A stretch of DNA of 64,000 bases from Laetmonice hystrix (lineage: Eukaryota): positions 16,492,001 through 16,556,000 of the forward strand of contig OZ249439.1 of the NCBI GenBank assembly GCA_965235115.1, read 5' to 3'. Numbering within the stretch: position 1 is the first letter of the stretch; each line of letters begins with the position of its first letter. Shown piece after piece: positions 48,200 through 62,600 of the stretch. The notes under the pieces were generated by a model, which did not search any database, was not told where the DNA came from, and worked only from the letters and a program-made list of their open reading frames with translations. Position numbers and translations under genes: made by a program.

Positions 48200-51100
48200 A
48201 TGTCTGGGACTCGGTCTAAACGTGCACCTGCAGAAGATTCAGGTTAGTAAAACTTTTATGCAGATTCATTCTGATCGTGCATCACTTTGTAATTTATGTT
48301 TCTCAAATGAAAATTCAAAAGAGGGAAAAGAGTTTTTATATTATTAATTAGTAAAGAAATAGCAATTTTTGCGCCTGGGTGGTTGTGATTGCCACTTAGT
48401 TGGTTAAATACATTAAACCTGTTCATTATATTGCACAGATTCTGAATTTCCATCAAAAAGAATGAGGGGTTCAGGAGATGAAGAAGATCGAAGGAGTGAG
48501 TTATCATTTTGCAGAACTTTGTTGATGTTGAGTTTGCATGATCTGAAAAACCACAGGATCTTGCTGTGGTTACATTTTTTTTTTGGGTGGTTAAAGTTCA
48601 TTTAGCTCTCAGTAAAGATATGAACTAAAGATACAAAATAACAGCCTAATTGAACGTTTTATGAATGTCTCGTTTGAATAGCATCCTTGATGTCACCTGG
48701 GCCAAGTCCTTTGCCAGGCTTAAATGGGCTGCGCAGTAGACATGGTGGAGATAAACCAGCAGAGGTATGTAAATAGTGTGAGAAGCCAGGTCAAACTTGC
48801 ATAGATCTCTTAGAGATTCAGAAAATCGTTAGATTAAATTTCTAACATAAAACCATTTTACATTCCTATGCTAGACAGATTAATAATTGGTGGTATATTT
48901 CTACAGTTGTTTCGCAAAGATCTGATCAGTGCCATGAAGTTAGCAGACTCGGACCCATTACAAGCTGATGAATTCTTCCTCATCTCTGACCCATGGAGAC
49001 AAGAGTGGGAACGTGGGGTACAGGTGCCAGTTAACCCTGAAAATATTCCTACTCCTAAAGTGAAGTGAGTTTTTTCATCTAAAGTTTAGATATCATTCAG
49101 AATTTACTTCTTAACATCCTTTTAATGTGAAATCCCTAGATGTCAAAGAGGAACAATTTCTAGGGGAGGGAATTAATGGTCCTGAGAAAATCCAGGGAGT
49201 GGTAAAAAGCTTCCTAAAAGATTTCAAATGGCAAGCACTCGAGTGTTATTTGAACACAGCAACAGATGGACTGCAAGGCTAGTATGTGTTGTAAATTACA
49301 TTTAAACAGCATATATTACTATAAATTCAAATCTCAAGATCTGTTTCTAAACCTCGTGATTTGGGGCTGATTTAAAATTCTTGGTTGAGTGATGTTTGAG
49401 ATGATTTCATGTCTCTTTCAGCTTCATTGAAGAAAACAAGAAGCTTCATGGGGCATATGCATTTAAATTGTAAGTAGGGAGTCAGAACTGCCTGTTTGGA
49501 CTTCTATCTACTAATTCTAGTTTCTCGTAAAATTGACTCAAATTTTAATCCATGAGTTTTTCAGTTTACATAATATACATGAGGTTTTTTGTATTTTGAA
49601 TAGGGTTATGGGAGTATTTTGAATTATTATGAAATTACTTAGCTTAGCAATGCTGTAGTTTGTAAAGAGCAAAATTAATTGAAATGCTACTTTTGCAGGC
49701 CACATAAAATGTTGCATGCAATGCATGATGATGACTACAAGAAAGGTCAGCATGAACTCCATGAAACACACAAGTTAGCAGAACAAGTTTGCCGGTATGA
49801 CCTCGATGATCAGGATGTGCACTGGCTGGTTTCTCTAAATGAGCAGCGAGAAACAACTGGTAAGTTGTACATTTGTGACCATGCTCCACCATTATAATCT
49901 TCTAGTAGAGTTGACATACCTATGATAAATAAACAAGGATGGTCATTACCTGACATCAAAAATGTGGTAGAAGGAAATGTGGCCCTAGAAATTCTGAATT
50001 TCACCATGGCAGCTCGAACAAAATACCAATGAGACTGCTGAACTTGTTTTATTTGTCCTATCAGAGGATATTGCTGTACAAGAGTGGGAGATGGAGAAAG
50101 TAATGGAAGAGTTGGAAAGCCAGGTGAGATTTCACTGTTATGATTTATTACAGAAGGTCTTTCTCTTTCTAATTGCAATTTTGAATCTAAAATTTGCAAG
50201 TTGCATATAAAAATGAAAATTTACAAAATAGTTGTTAATGAATGCCCTTATTAGTATTTTTTGTGCAAGTTTTTCTTTATTTATAGTAGTTTGAAAACTA
50301 GGACTAAAGTCAATACACTTGTTGCATTGTATTAGTCAGTTGTGGATCCTTAAAATGAAGTGCCAGTTCTGATATAGGTTTCCAATATCTTTTTTCCAGT
50401 GTCATGCCAATATGCAGGTTATGATCAAAACAGTAGAAGGTCTTGGCATAGAATATGATGAAAATGTTGTCTGTGATGTTTGTCGGTCGGTAAGTATATT
50501 TGTACTCAGATGACAAGTTACAATTTTTAAGTATGACTACTGATGAAACTTAAATATTTGTGTAACATATTGGGCAGTTTAACAAGTGAAAGGATAGGAA
50601 AAGTATCATGAGGTTGATCTGTAGAACTATAATGTAGTTATGACTGACAAGTATATACACCTCATATTTTTCTACCTATGTCTGTTTCAGCCGGATAGCG
50701 AGGATTGTAACGAGATGGTCTTTTGTGATCAATGTGACATATGTGTTCATCAGGTCAGTTGGATATTCAATTTGGTATGAAAGCATCAGTATGATTGCAG
50801 TTGTGCCTTCAACAGCTCTCTGATAAAGGGATTTAAGTTTATATGGTTAGAGATAGCATGCTACATTCTTTTCCATGCAATTTAACTTTATGTTTGATTG
50901 CAGGCTTGTTATGGGATCCAGACCATACCTGAGGGCAATTGGCTGTGTCGGTGTTGTAACCTTGGCATTCGGCCCACTTGTATCCTATGTCCAAAGGCTG
51001 GAGGAGCTATGAAGAGTACAAAGTGAGTGTAGACAGCTGTCAGTTCTTTTGAGATTCATTTGCAATGCTCACTGGTAATGATTATTCCCATGGCAACTTA

Positions 51101-54100
51101 TTCACGATGCATTTTTCCTTCATAGATATTTTAGATTTGTTATTGTATACATGTAAAAATAGCAGTCAAATATATTTGGTATGAAACATACTGGTAACCA
51201 CCTTGATGTTCACAACAAGGCTATTTAAAGCGTAATGGAGTTATACCTATAGATAAAATCATTCTGTCTTGTCAGGAGTGGCTCCAAGTGGTCTCATGTT
51301 AGTTGTGCCCTCTGGATCCCAGAAGTCAGTATTGGGTGCGCAGAAAAAATGGAGCCAATTACTAAGATATCCCACATACCGGTAAGAGTGCCCAGACATT
51401 TACAAGCTGTAAATGATATCAGGTTTCATATAATTCAAGCCAAGTATAAAAAAAAATCTCGAGTATGTACCACAAATAATGATTTCTTTAAGTATGATTT
51501 TGTTACCCTCAAAATCTAGTTCAATTCCCTTAGGAAAGCTATTGGATGCAGGCGATCGGAGGATGCTTGGTGTTCTGTGTACTTTAATGTTTTTTTTTCT
51601 TATTTTGTACAGTCAAGTAGATGGGCACTGATATGTTCCTTGTGTCGAGAAAGAACAGGGGCATGTATCCAGTGTTCCGTGAAAACCTGCAAGACAGCGT
51701 TCCATGTAACCTGTGCCTTCCAGCATGGGCTTGAAATGAAAACCATTCTTGAAGATGATGAGGAGGAAATTCAGTTAAAGGTTAATTTAAGTTTCTGCTC
51801 TTTTCTTCAAAGATAACCCCTTAAATAGGTAAACAGATTTGACTGGAGGGGATTGACATGAATCTGTATTTAACCATGAGAGATGATATTCATTGGCATT
51901 CTCACGGAATTCTAAGACATTTTTATTCATAACAATCTGAGTATCTTTAGAAAGTTGATGAAAATCTGTTTGAAACAGCAACTAATGAAGTAGAAGGATT
52001 TACAATTATTTACAAATATTTGTTATGGCTGCACTGCAGGCTTATTGCGGAAAGCATACGAAAAAAAGAGCAGAAGCTGATGGAGGGACGCCTCGTAAAG
52101 AAAGCTTCCTCACTTCTGCAGGAACCCCGAAAAAGGAGAGTGAAATGACAGAGGAGGAGAAGACTGAACTCCGCTCTCACAGGTTGGTTCGTGTAGGGTT
52201 TCAAGAGTGTCGGTTTTCTTTTCAATTAATTATATCTTATTTTTTCTATTCTTGATGACGAGGGCTATGTTTTTTAGCTGAGATTACCAGCAACATTAAG
52301 TTAAAAGTGTTTTTAGAAATGTTCCCAATATAAATACTGTTATTCCTATGAATGAAAATGAATTCAAACGTACAGTACATGAATCGCTTCCTCATTAAAT
52401 GGTGCTATATGTTTATATAGGTTGAAAAAGTTGTCGGAAGAATTCTACACTTGTATTAAAATACCACAAGTAGCTGCAGCAACACAAATGACGGAAGAAG
52501 TAGTTGACTATATCTACAATTATTGGCTTCTGAAACGAAAGGTGAAGAGTTTATTTTTGTAATTAGAGTGATGGCCATAAGCGTTTACAAAAATGATATG
52601 AGCAGTGACTCAGAAGTAAATGTTTAGTATTGATAACATACAGTTAGGTCTTGACTTGTTTAGGGAAGGAACGTATCTCTAGTCATTAAAGACCAATAAT
52701 GATTAATGGGAATGAAACTAGATGTTTCAGTCTGGTCTATGATACAAGGCTAAACATGTAACCAGGTTTAAATATGCTGTATTTTTGTTTTCAGTCCCAT
52801 TTCAACAAGCCATTGTTGACACCAAAAACAGAGGAGGCTGATCTTCTATCTAAACAACAGGAGGACAGTTTACTGGCCCGCATGAAGATGTTTGTTCATC
52901 TCAGACAGGACTTAGAGAGGGTATGTTTGTGGGTGCTTCTCAGTCTGGCGTCTCCATCAGGGGCAGCTTCAATCAAAAAGTTACAATGAATTCACCCGTT
53001 TTACTCAGTATTCATTTTTACATCTTTATACATCGTGGGTAATGCTGAATGAGCAAAATATTTAAAAGTATATATATTTCATAATTTGCTTTCTTTGTGC
53101 ACAGGTGCGTAACCTCTGTTATATGGTAACCCGGCGTGAGAAGATGAGACGAACATTGTATCGTATGAAGGAGGACATCTTCCAATCCCAGGCAGAACTT
53201 CTGACTGATGAACGACAACACTTTGGGAAGAGAGAGATGGCAGCCATCCAGGGGGCTCATAAATCAAAAATCGAGGTGTATGATGATTATGACTTTATCC
53301 TCCAGATTTGTGGAGACGCAGTGTTGAGGGGTCCCATTGACCACAATCTGGAATCCATCCGTGTCAAACATCCAGGACGACCACGGCAGGCCTTATCCAG
53401 TGGAAATTTGGATTCAGATTCAGAAGTTGGCAGTCTCCTGAATTATCGCCTCCATAATGATGACGCGTCCCGCAGGTCTGCTAGAGCAAATGCTAACAAG
53501 GCAAGGCATAAACTTCACAGTCGTCAGAATAGGCAAAAACTGGTACATGACAAAGAACAGGTAGATCCAAGAAGAGGTCCAAAGGGAGAACGGACAGGAG
53601 CTGTGAAACGAAGTCGCTCAAGACAGCTTTGGCATCCAGGAAAGCAAAGCTTAAAAGATGGGATTGAAAACCGTCGATCACTTTCAAGGTACCATCGGTT
53701 AAGCGACCAACATGGCCGACATCGCCACCACAGGGGCAGGCTTGAAAATAGTCGCCACAAAAGACTCTCCAGTGGTCAGGACAACGTGACATCATCTTTG
53801 GTAGTGTTGAACCGAGGCAACAAGAAAAGTGACATTAATGGCGTATTACCAGCCAGTAAACTAGTTGTTGGGCAGAGCATTAAAGAAAAAGTCCAGAGTA
53901 GACTACACAGAGGTGGTAACCTACCAGTTAATGGCCTGTCTGACCATACAAAGCAAAAACTTGACAATTTCTTCCAGTCTGTAGAAGATAGTGAGGTGGA
54001 CAATCCCAAACAGGACAGGGATAGTAAGGCCTTCAATCCCATGTTAGACAATGCGCCCCTAATTGACAGAGACTTGGTGAGGCAAGACAGCCGATGTTTT

Positions 54101-54715
54101 AAAGAAGGTATATTCTCTAGTGGTCGTTCCACACCGCAAAAAGACCATGTTGCGTATCGCAACTCTAAAAAGGCCCTAGATGAAGATGTTGACTTGAGAA
54201 ACCAGCAGAGTCCAGTCAGTAGTAAGGCCAGCAGAGACTTAGATCAACGACCTGGTACACCAGAAACAAGGGCCATGAGGCGGAAAATTGAATCTGATAT
54301 AGAGTCAAATTCAAGTGATAGATTGTATGAAAATCTAGATGGTGAAATCAGTATCCGCTCAAGTCGAGAAACGACTCCTGACCGGGATGGATCTTTACGT
54401 AATGTGCGCAAAGACTTGGATTTTGGACGACTGTCTGTCCAAAGACATCTAGATCAACGATTGAAGGCAAACCATCTGGTGGGTGGAGAGGCTCCTGACG
54501 ATCACCCTGCAGCATTGGGTGGAGACACTGACAGTGAATATGCAGATAGTGAAAGTAGTGGCTGTGTGACACGAGCCACACGTCGTTCCAGGACTCTGGC
54601 TGAAAACACGGACACTGTGTCGGTGGACAGTGCCACATCCTCAGGTAGTAAATACAGTACACGGTCAAGGATCAGTGACCAATGGCAGCGAGCACTCGGT
54701 ACTCTTCACAGCTAA
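48200..54715 (+). CDS. JADE1: JADE/PHF17-family (Rhinoceros-like) EPC + double-PHD (PZP) scaffold of the HBO1 acetyltransferase complex
   Basis: Exons 48200-48242, 48475-48495 (probable), 48682-48764, 48907-49064, 49422-49469, 49699-49859, 50065-50123, 50400-50489, 50691-50753, 50904-51022, 51276-51381, 51613-51780, 52040-52182, 52421-52541, 52795-52920, 53105-54715. Signatures: [96 protein letters not shown]. The symbol denotes the family; it may be a single pro-orthologue of JADE1/2/3. Confidence 0.95.
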
Positions 54716-57700
54716 CCCCCTCTGCAAATAACCCATTGGTGGAATACTTAGTCAAAGAGGACAGGAAGAGTTAGTGTAAAAGGCACTGACATGGACTCCA
54801 CATCTCTTAACACGTTTGCCATGTTGAAAGGATCGGGAGGGAAGTGTTAGGGAGGAATTTTAATGTTGACTGTTTCTGACCTCTTGTAGTCCAATGGCAG
54901 CAAGGGCACAGTTCTGTGGTCAATGGCTGGTGCTGTACAGCATTGTGAATAATGTTACAGTAGATTGCATAACGTATGTTGCAGATAAATTAGCCATGTG
55001 TATATTATAAATTAATTTCAACTCCCCACTTGGATGGCAATAGAGACAGGTTTGACAAATTAGACTATATCTTTACCAACTCTTTATCCTATTGGTGCCA
55101 CAAAAGCTTTATTATTTTCACACTCCATGAGGATTTATTCTCAATTTATGATTCACCAAACCATCAAGCAGAAGTTCACTCTGATGCGACTTCTCAAAAT
55201 AGGATACATGTATAACTAACTGCACAAAAATTTGATTGGGGTAAGGGAAATATTTAAACGCTTGAACCACAGGTTTTTGCTGATTGATTCAATATTTGAG
55301 TTATTTGTTGTTAAGCAGTCTTTATTTGAATACTATTAATTCAAGTGAAGAATTCGAATACGGTTTTGGTGTGAAGCCATTCGGAATGTTCATATTTGGC
55401 AAAATGTATGTAAAATTGTTAAAAAAGTTAGGCAAGACAAATTCACTCTATTTTAACAAGGTTTTGAAGGTTGCTTTAAATCTTTTTCTTCGTATGATTT
55501 ATGTTGCTGTGGAACTCTGTTGCAGGCTGATTAGCATAGCCTTGGTAGTGAATTCCTATCAATTCTCTCCAGGTTGAAGGGAGCATAAAGGATGGTGCCA
55601 AAAATCCAATGAAGGTACCCAAGAGACCTGAATTCATGTACAATGTATTTGTACTCAGAATGCTTTTCCTAAGAGTGTGTTGTACGTCCTCGATATAACT
55701 GTACGTATTCTAGTCCACTCTGCTTAAGTTACAGTACCTTCAGGTATACAAAATGAGGTTTTCCAAGGTTTAGTGTCTACCATGATTGATAGTGGTGGCA
55801 TTTTCATATTCTCGCATAAGAAGTTAAAACGTCCTCAAAATATGCATGTATCTCCCTGGGTAAACGGGAACAGGTGTGTAAGAAAATATGCTGGTGTTGG
55901 TAAGGTAATCACTAATGTTGTTAACAGACAGCTGGAAACTGTTTGGGCCATCAATGATTTTCAGTGGACAACGGGGATCAGCCCTCTTGCTCTTTTATGG
56001 TGTATGAAGTTAGGACATAGGATTGGATATGGGGTGTGTGTCGAGAGCAAGCAACTCCCGTTATACGTTAATTTAAGGGTACCGTTTTTGTTCAATTCCC
56101 TTATTTATTACATGGCATTTTTGTTTAATACAGGAAAAAAGTTGGCAAACTTTAGTAGCCTTAACTAATGAACTTAATTGAACTTAATGAACTTAAGTAG
56201 CCTGCCTTGGGCATGCAGAATTACTGTTATGTAGCCATATTTTAACTTGGGCGGTGCACGACCAATTTTCCGTCAGTAACTAAACATTTCAATTGTCAAA
56301 TGAGTAGGCAGTAATACACCACGAAATGCATGTCCAAAACTCGCTTCATGTGCTTAAATGCTGTTTTACATGTGTTAGATAAAACACAGACAATATGTGG
56401 CACAAGTCAAAAGCTTGGAGAAAATTGATAAGAGGGGAGTACTTTCCCTGTTAATAATAAAATTGCCAAATACCCAAGTAAATTTGGTCATCCATGATAA
56501 ACGTTTTGAAATTATGAGTTATCATCTTATGAAATGACAGCTCGATCTAAATGACATTGGTAATTTAGAAATGTCCTGAAATAGCGTTAACGTAGACCTT
56601 CACACAAAAAGGGAAATACCTGACTGACTGCCTGCTGGGCCGAGTACCGTACTCTGAGGTTGTAATTAGGAGGTCATAAAAGTCGTGAAGACTCTTGTAA
56701 ATTTCAACCTTTATATTCTAGAAAATGAGATATTGGAAATAAAGGCATGGATTTTCGCAGGGTACAGGGTGTATGAGTCCATGCGCCTAGAATTTGTAGT
56801 ACAGGGCCAAATAACGTCTGATGGATACGGTGTGTGAGCAGTACAGGTAGCTCCTTTCAGGATTCGTTCACGAAAAATCTTTTACTCTATTGTCAGCATT
56901 TTGTCATGCTTGAAGGCACGATGACCGATGTGTGGCTCCAGGATGGTGTGCTACGACGCCGTCATCGTTTTCTGTAGGCTAACTGACAGTCTTGCCCAGA
57001 ATTCATTGTATTGGATTTGCATAGAGTGATTACAATAACAGAAAGAAAATGTAAGAAATAAGCAATTTGAATTTGCATCTCCTAATTCTGCTTAACCAAA
57101 CTTTGCTGATTGCTAATCTGTGTGGTTATCTGGAGATAATGTTCAGGTCCTGGAACAGTCATAAAATTTTATTATGATAGAAGCAGCCTGTCGATTGTCC
57201 AAGCAGGACATCGGACTGACTATTTTAAGTGCCCTAGTGCCAGAGAGTTGTCTTTATCTGGGTATCTGGTTATTCCTAGTGGTTTGATATGTAGAGAATC
57301 TGTCTATAAATACAGTATTGTTCGTTTGCATTAGCATGTAACGTAATATTAGTAGTACTTACAAAACCATCACTGCCAGACCAGGCCTTCTGCCACTCTA
57401 ATCCTGAAACTCCTTTCAAGTGGTGAAGCTAATACATGTGAATTCCAAAGTTGGCTTGTAATCTTTGGATTCAAATCTCTGCGTGTTGGAAGTCAAAAGA
57501 TGGAGTGTACATGTCAAATTTAAACAAGTCGATGTGTTCCCACTGTTGTATGTAGTCGTGGAGGAGAGGGAAGGTATTAAAACATATTCTGGTTCACACA
57601 GTTCAGAGCAGTTCCCACTTTGCCTTTGCTTTCACTTCTTCAACCTCGGTCATTTGAATTGTCTGAAGCTTGATGGTCCAAGCGTGGTTTTGCTACTTGT

Positions 57701-59099
57701 TAAATTGGGTAAACTGGTACACCAGGATTTTTTTTTCGGAAGAAGTCTTGTCGCTATGATTCAAAGGTTTATAAGGTTAGAAATGAAGGTTTAACGGCGT
57801 GTGAAATGTACCCACCCCCACACCATAAAAAAAGTAGTATGATCTGCAAAATGACATCTTTTCGTATACTAGTATGTTAGAAACGTTGAGTTTCTTCACA
57901 GTTTGCTTCATATGTACATAATTTGAATTGAAGGCGTCAAAATGTTAATGCGGGCAGAGTGGTAGTTTGTGGAAGGAAGAGATGGCATAGGTGACGCGGT
58001 ATTCATGGATCTAGCGCCATCTTATGGGTGGATCTCGATACGTACATCCTGGTTACTATAATCTGTCTGTATAGCACTGTAATATTTAGCACAGTTCAAG
58101 TCCATTCAATCCATAAAATAGCCACGAGAGTAATGCAGTGGAAACGGTCACTGTCTCTCATGGTAGAATTTAAACGTACCGCTGTGTAGATACGTGGTCC
58201 ATGTGCAAAACAGTTGTGCCTGTCACACTTTGTATTTTACATTGAAATTATCTCCACAAAATTGTAAAATTGTTAGAATAAAAGACAGCGTTTTCAACAG
58301 GTTTAGAAGCATCAAGTACTGCTATCAGCTCTGGCCCAATTTGTTGGGCAAACCCGTATCAATGGTTGTGTAACCTTATAGGCCAGTTCATTCCATCTAT
58401 CCGTAATGCTGAAGTGTGATATACAATATGTTGTAATATGTATTGTAATCCTTCATAACCCATGGGCATCGACAGCGTCCCAGACCAATATATCTAACCA
58501 GAAAATCCGTTTGATGCAATAGTATTAACAGACTTAACTGCCATCGTAAACTGTAAAAATAAAGTGTATATTACCACAATCTGAAACATGGTTATGTTAT
58601 CAATAACGTTCTTAGGACACATGTATTTTCTTTAGGGAGTTGGCGATTTTCCAATGCATTCATTTCACCCATTTTTGGTACCATGAAGGTTCTTGGAGGT
58701 TGAGGCCGTTGTAGGATGAATAAATCGATAATACTTTCCGTATTTTACACCAGAGGGCGCAACTGCCTCACCATTGGGACGTGAGGATGCGGCTCGAGTC
58801 TGAGGCGATTTAAAATGTGGTTTGAACCTTTCAAGCACAAAAAGAAAAATTACATAACCCCCCCCCCCCCCCCCCCCCCGCCACTGACTATTATATTATA
58901 TATCTTAGGGTCTTTTTTATAGGCCTCATGAGCCGGCCCCCTGAACGAGCCAGAATAAAAGTAGGCGATGAAGTCAGAACCATCTTTTTTTTTTAAGCTG
59001 AGCCCTCCTTTTCCAGCTGCTCACATTTAGTTTCGGTTCGTTATATCACTGAATGTGTATTTAACTAAAGACGATTATATATTATGAAGCAGATGATCA

Positions 59100-59450
59100 T
59101 ATCTTTCCCAAACCAAAAGGAGTGCTCTGAGGATTGCTCAAGTTTCCCGCAAAGTGACGTCATTGCAAGACCTTAATTGATGCTCTTCCCATTACTAGTT
59201 GCCCCCCTCATAAAAATAAATATATTGACAATCGCTGAGGTCACTCTATCTTTTCTAGATTAAAACAGCCCCGCAACTTATATTTTTGCATCTTTTGGGT
59301 GGATAAACGCATGCTTTATTTTTAGAACGATCACAGTATATGAGATACGTGTAATTATAGCAGCTTTTGTAGGGAGGATGGGCCGCTTTTCCATACTGCT
59401 CACAAACATGGCGGTGTGGGACGGAGAGGTGTGATTTGTACGCAGGAAAC
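59100..59450 (+). promoter_or_regulatory. Putative FCHSD promoter / 5' UTR
   Basis: Full CRE TGACGTCA at 59155-59162 and YY1-like CAAACATGGCGG at 59403-59414 immediately upstream of the start codons. Confidence 0.5.
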
Positions 59451-59688
59451 ATGGCTAAAATGCAACCTCCGCCACGACGGGTATGTTATTTTCTTTTCAT
59501 CAAAGACAAGGTTTTGAGACAGACTGGCCTTCTCCTCCGTTTTAATGGTCTCTCAGAATATAATGCATTGGTATGTTAATGTTTTCGTAGGTTAAGCACT
59601 CGGTAGTGCTGAAAAACGTCCATGCGGAGCAGCTGTCAAAGCTCCAAGCCAAACATCAACAAGAGACCGAGTTGTTAGAAGATATACG
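59451..59688 (+). CDS. FCHSD2: F-BAR and double SH3 domain protein (FCHSD1/2, Nervous wreck), first two coding exons; gene continues beyond the window
   Basis: Exon 59460-59480 MQPPPRR|GTATGT, with an in-frame upstream ATG at 59451 adding MAK. Exon 59591-59688 VKHSVVLKNVHAEQLSKLQAKHQQETELLEDIR|GTGAGT. Matches the FCHSD2 N-terminus MQPPPRKVKVTQELKNIQVEQMTKLQAKHQAECDLLEDMR as recalled. No exon 3 found up to 64000. Confidence 0.88.
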
Positions 59689-62600
59689 GTGAGTGAATGC
59701 TTTAAGGACTATAGCTTTAGAAAAGCAACATTTTATCCTTCAAATACTTTGATGAGATTTATTATGGTCATTATGAATGATGTGTGGTCTGTGATAAGCA
59801 TGTCAGTAGGCATTGAGTGTGCAGCGGTTCGTACGGAGGCCTACATTGGAAATCGATCGGTTGCGTATTGCTGTGTTGCCGTGTAGGGAGATGGAGTGTG
59901 GCCCGGCGACCCACGGCACGGTGCCCCGCTGGTGAATTTATGCGCAGCCTTGCATCCACTGTCCACTTACTGGACGTCCGCAAGTTGATGAGATTGAGGG
60001 CGATTCACATGCAATGTACCCTCCATGTCTTTTACATCAAGTAATATCATGCATACAGTAACACTGAGTCTGAGGGGGTGGGTTAGGGCAGTGGCAACTA
60101 GGACTAGGCCTACCAGAGAGTGGCAGACTGAGATATATAGGCTACCATTCTACCGCCGTGGCTATTCCGGCAGGAAGGATGGAGGAGTGCAGTGATCATT
60201 TTCCATCCCAAGCCGGACTTACAGAGAAACTGGCCATAGACTTTAAATATAGGCTGTGCAGGCGGGGATGTGGGTGTGCGTGTGTGTCCCCTCTCCGTAA
60301 TTCCCGAAAAAGTGTCCTTTTTGACAAGCAGGTGCCCTTTGAAATTAACAATAGAAATAGGCCTACACGTACCCGGTCACTACATATGCCTAATGTCTAC
60401 TCTACGTCCATGCCCAGGACATATCCCGTGTGTGGCCTCCCTTTTGTTTACCCCCATGGATCACCTTCCCAAATACCCCAAATGCCTCCCACAAATCTGA
60501 ATAAATGTACCTTGGGGGGGAGGGGGGTGTGCATAGGCCTAGATATTGTATCCACTGGGGGAAGGTCACAGTAAAGTGTCTTATGTAGACTCTCCTTACT
60601 GAGTTTTTATTCATAACTTGTGTTAACCTGTGTGTAGGCCTATATAATACTATATAGTCATGCACTACTGGTGCATCATATCTGCTTGTATCTTATATTA
60701 TACTAGTTATAACTTAAAAGTACAGCCAACTTTGAAAGCTGTACCAATTAAAGTAGGCCCTATTCTTAATTTTTAAATGTTAAAATATTATGTGGAGAAA
60801 ATATGGAGATATGAGTGAAGATGGTTATTTTACATGTATATATGCTACCCAGGTTTCAGTGCAGACCAAATTACCAACTTGTGTCCAGCTACGGTACCTA
60901 TAATTATTTTCACCGAAGATAGGCTATTAACATAGTTCTCTGCTCGGCCATATCACCTGTTATAAAGCAGCTTTTGATACAGGACAAATGGGAACTGCTT
61001 GCCAACACCATTTCCGACTTTCTACCTCTGTCTTCTACTGTTACAAAGGATTGGAACATTGCCAATTCTTACAGTAAGGGTTAATAATATAGATATGTGT
61101 TGTGCACACATTCACGATTCACGAGAGCAAGAGATTTCAGGCACTGCTGTCAAGTCTTAGAGCATTCATTAGTATCTCCCCCCCCCCCCTTGGTGAAAGT
61201 AGCCCTAAATCTAAGCTATAGTTGGGTTGAGTGGTGATAGGTTAGGCAGTTTGTAGGGAATATTTCATAAACACCCCACCCATGACGTTGCTGATGGTGC
61301 TGAGAATGAATGTCATCTAGAATGATTCATTATGTGCTGTTATTGAATGGTTGATAAAAATCCTTCGGTTGACCAAGATTGTCCAGAGATTGGCTGCATG
61401 GGTTGGCAAGGAAACGGTCCAGATCCATCTGAGCTAATCCGGTCTGGACAGAATTAGCGATAATTTTAATACCGGGCTGGATAATGTCAAGAAGGACTAA
61501 TCTTGCATGGTAATTGCCTCAAAATGTATTTGTGACTACCCCCGGTAGTAACTGGTGTTTTTTTGCTTGTCAAACTTTAATTTGGAGAGCACATTGCCCG
61601 AGTTGTTAATCTGGAATCCAGTGGACCACTTTAGCCATAAACTTTGGAGATTGATATAGACCTATGGAATTAGGCATATTCAACAATTGGATGCGTACCT
61701 GCACTCCTTTAAATTGATTCATTTTTCTTCTTCAAAGTATTTTTTTGAGAAGCTTAATTTGTTAAGCATTCTGTAATCCTTTCCATTGACCCGTAATGAG
61801 GGTATTCAGTGTTACCTTTATTGGCCGTAAATGCCCCGCGTCTGTAACATATTTCTGTTGGCTAGGTGTCCACGGTACAGCCGTTTTATCCTCATGAGGT
61901 TAACTCAACAGGCCCTGACTGTGCCGTCTGTCCCACGGAACTTTACGACTATTTTAGTGCTCAGACCAGCAGGAAAAGATAATCCCTACAGACAGGATCC
62001 TCAGAGTTTGTCATATTGGACATGAATGATACTCCATCAGTGTCGTTTTTTACCAGAGACTGGTATCAAGGTCTGCTAATAAAGAGGTGTGGTGGTAAGG
62101 TGGGAGGCTATCACAACAGATTACTTATACACCTAGCATTGTAAATATGGCAATCTTGCAATGCGGCCCTAAAACAGATCTCGGGACCATAGTTTTCTCA
62201 GGACCATGGATAGCATTCACCTTGTCTCCATTGTGATGACCTTAGTTGTCTGGACCTTCACAAATGAAACACAACTTTGTTTAGACTACATCGGGCGTTA
62301 TACTGTAGACCTATTATACCTATTACTGTGAGACGATGTGTTTATTAAGACAAAGTTATAAAATCCTCGAAATGCCGTTGAAAGGGGGCATTCTACTCGC
62401 TTTGGCATATACTCGGTAACAGTAATGTGAGGTAACCGTTAGACAGAAGAGATCTGTTAGTCCTGCAATATCAGTGCATATTGCCATGAAGACTGGAGAG
62501 CCCTGTCTGCGGTCTAGGATTGTACATCTGTATAAAGACAGGAGACCGCTGACTTGTATATGACTGAATGTTGTTAATGGTGCCGACGACAGGGGAAGCC

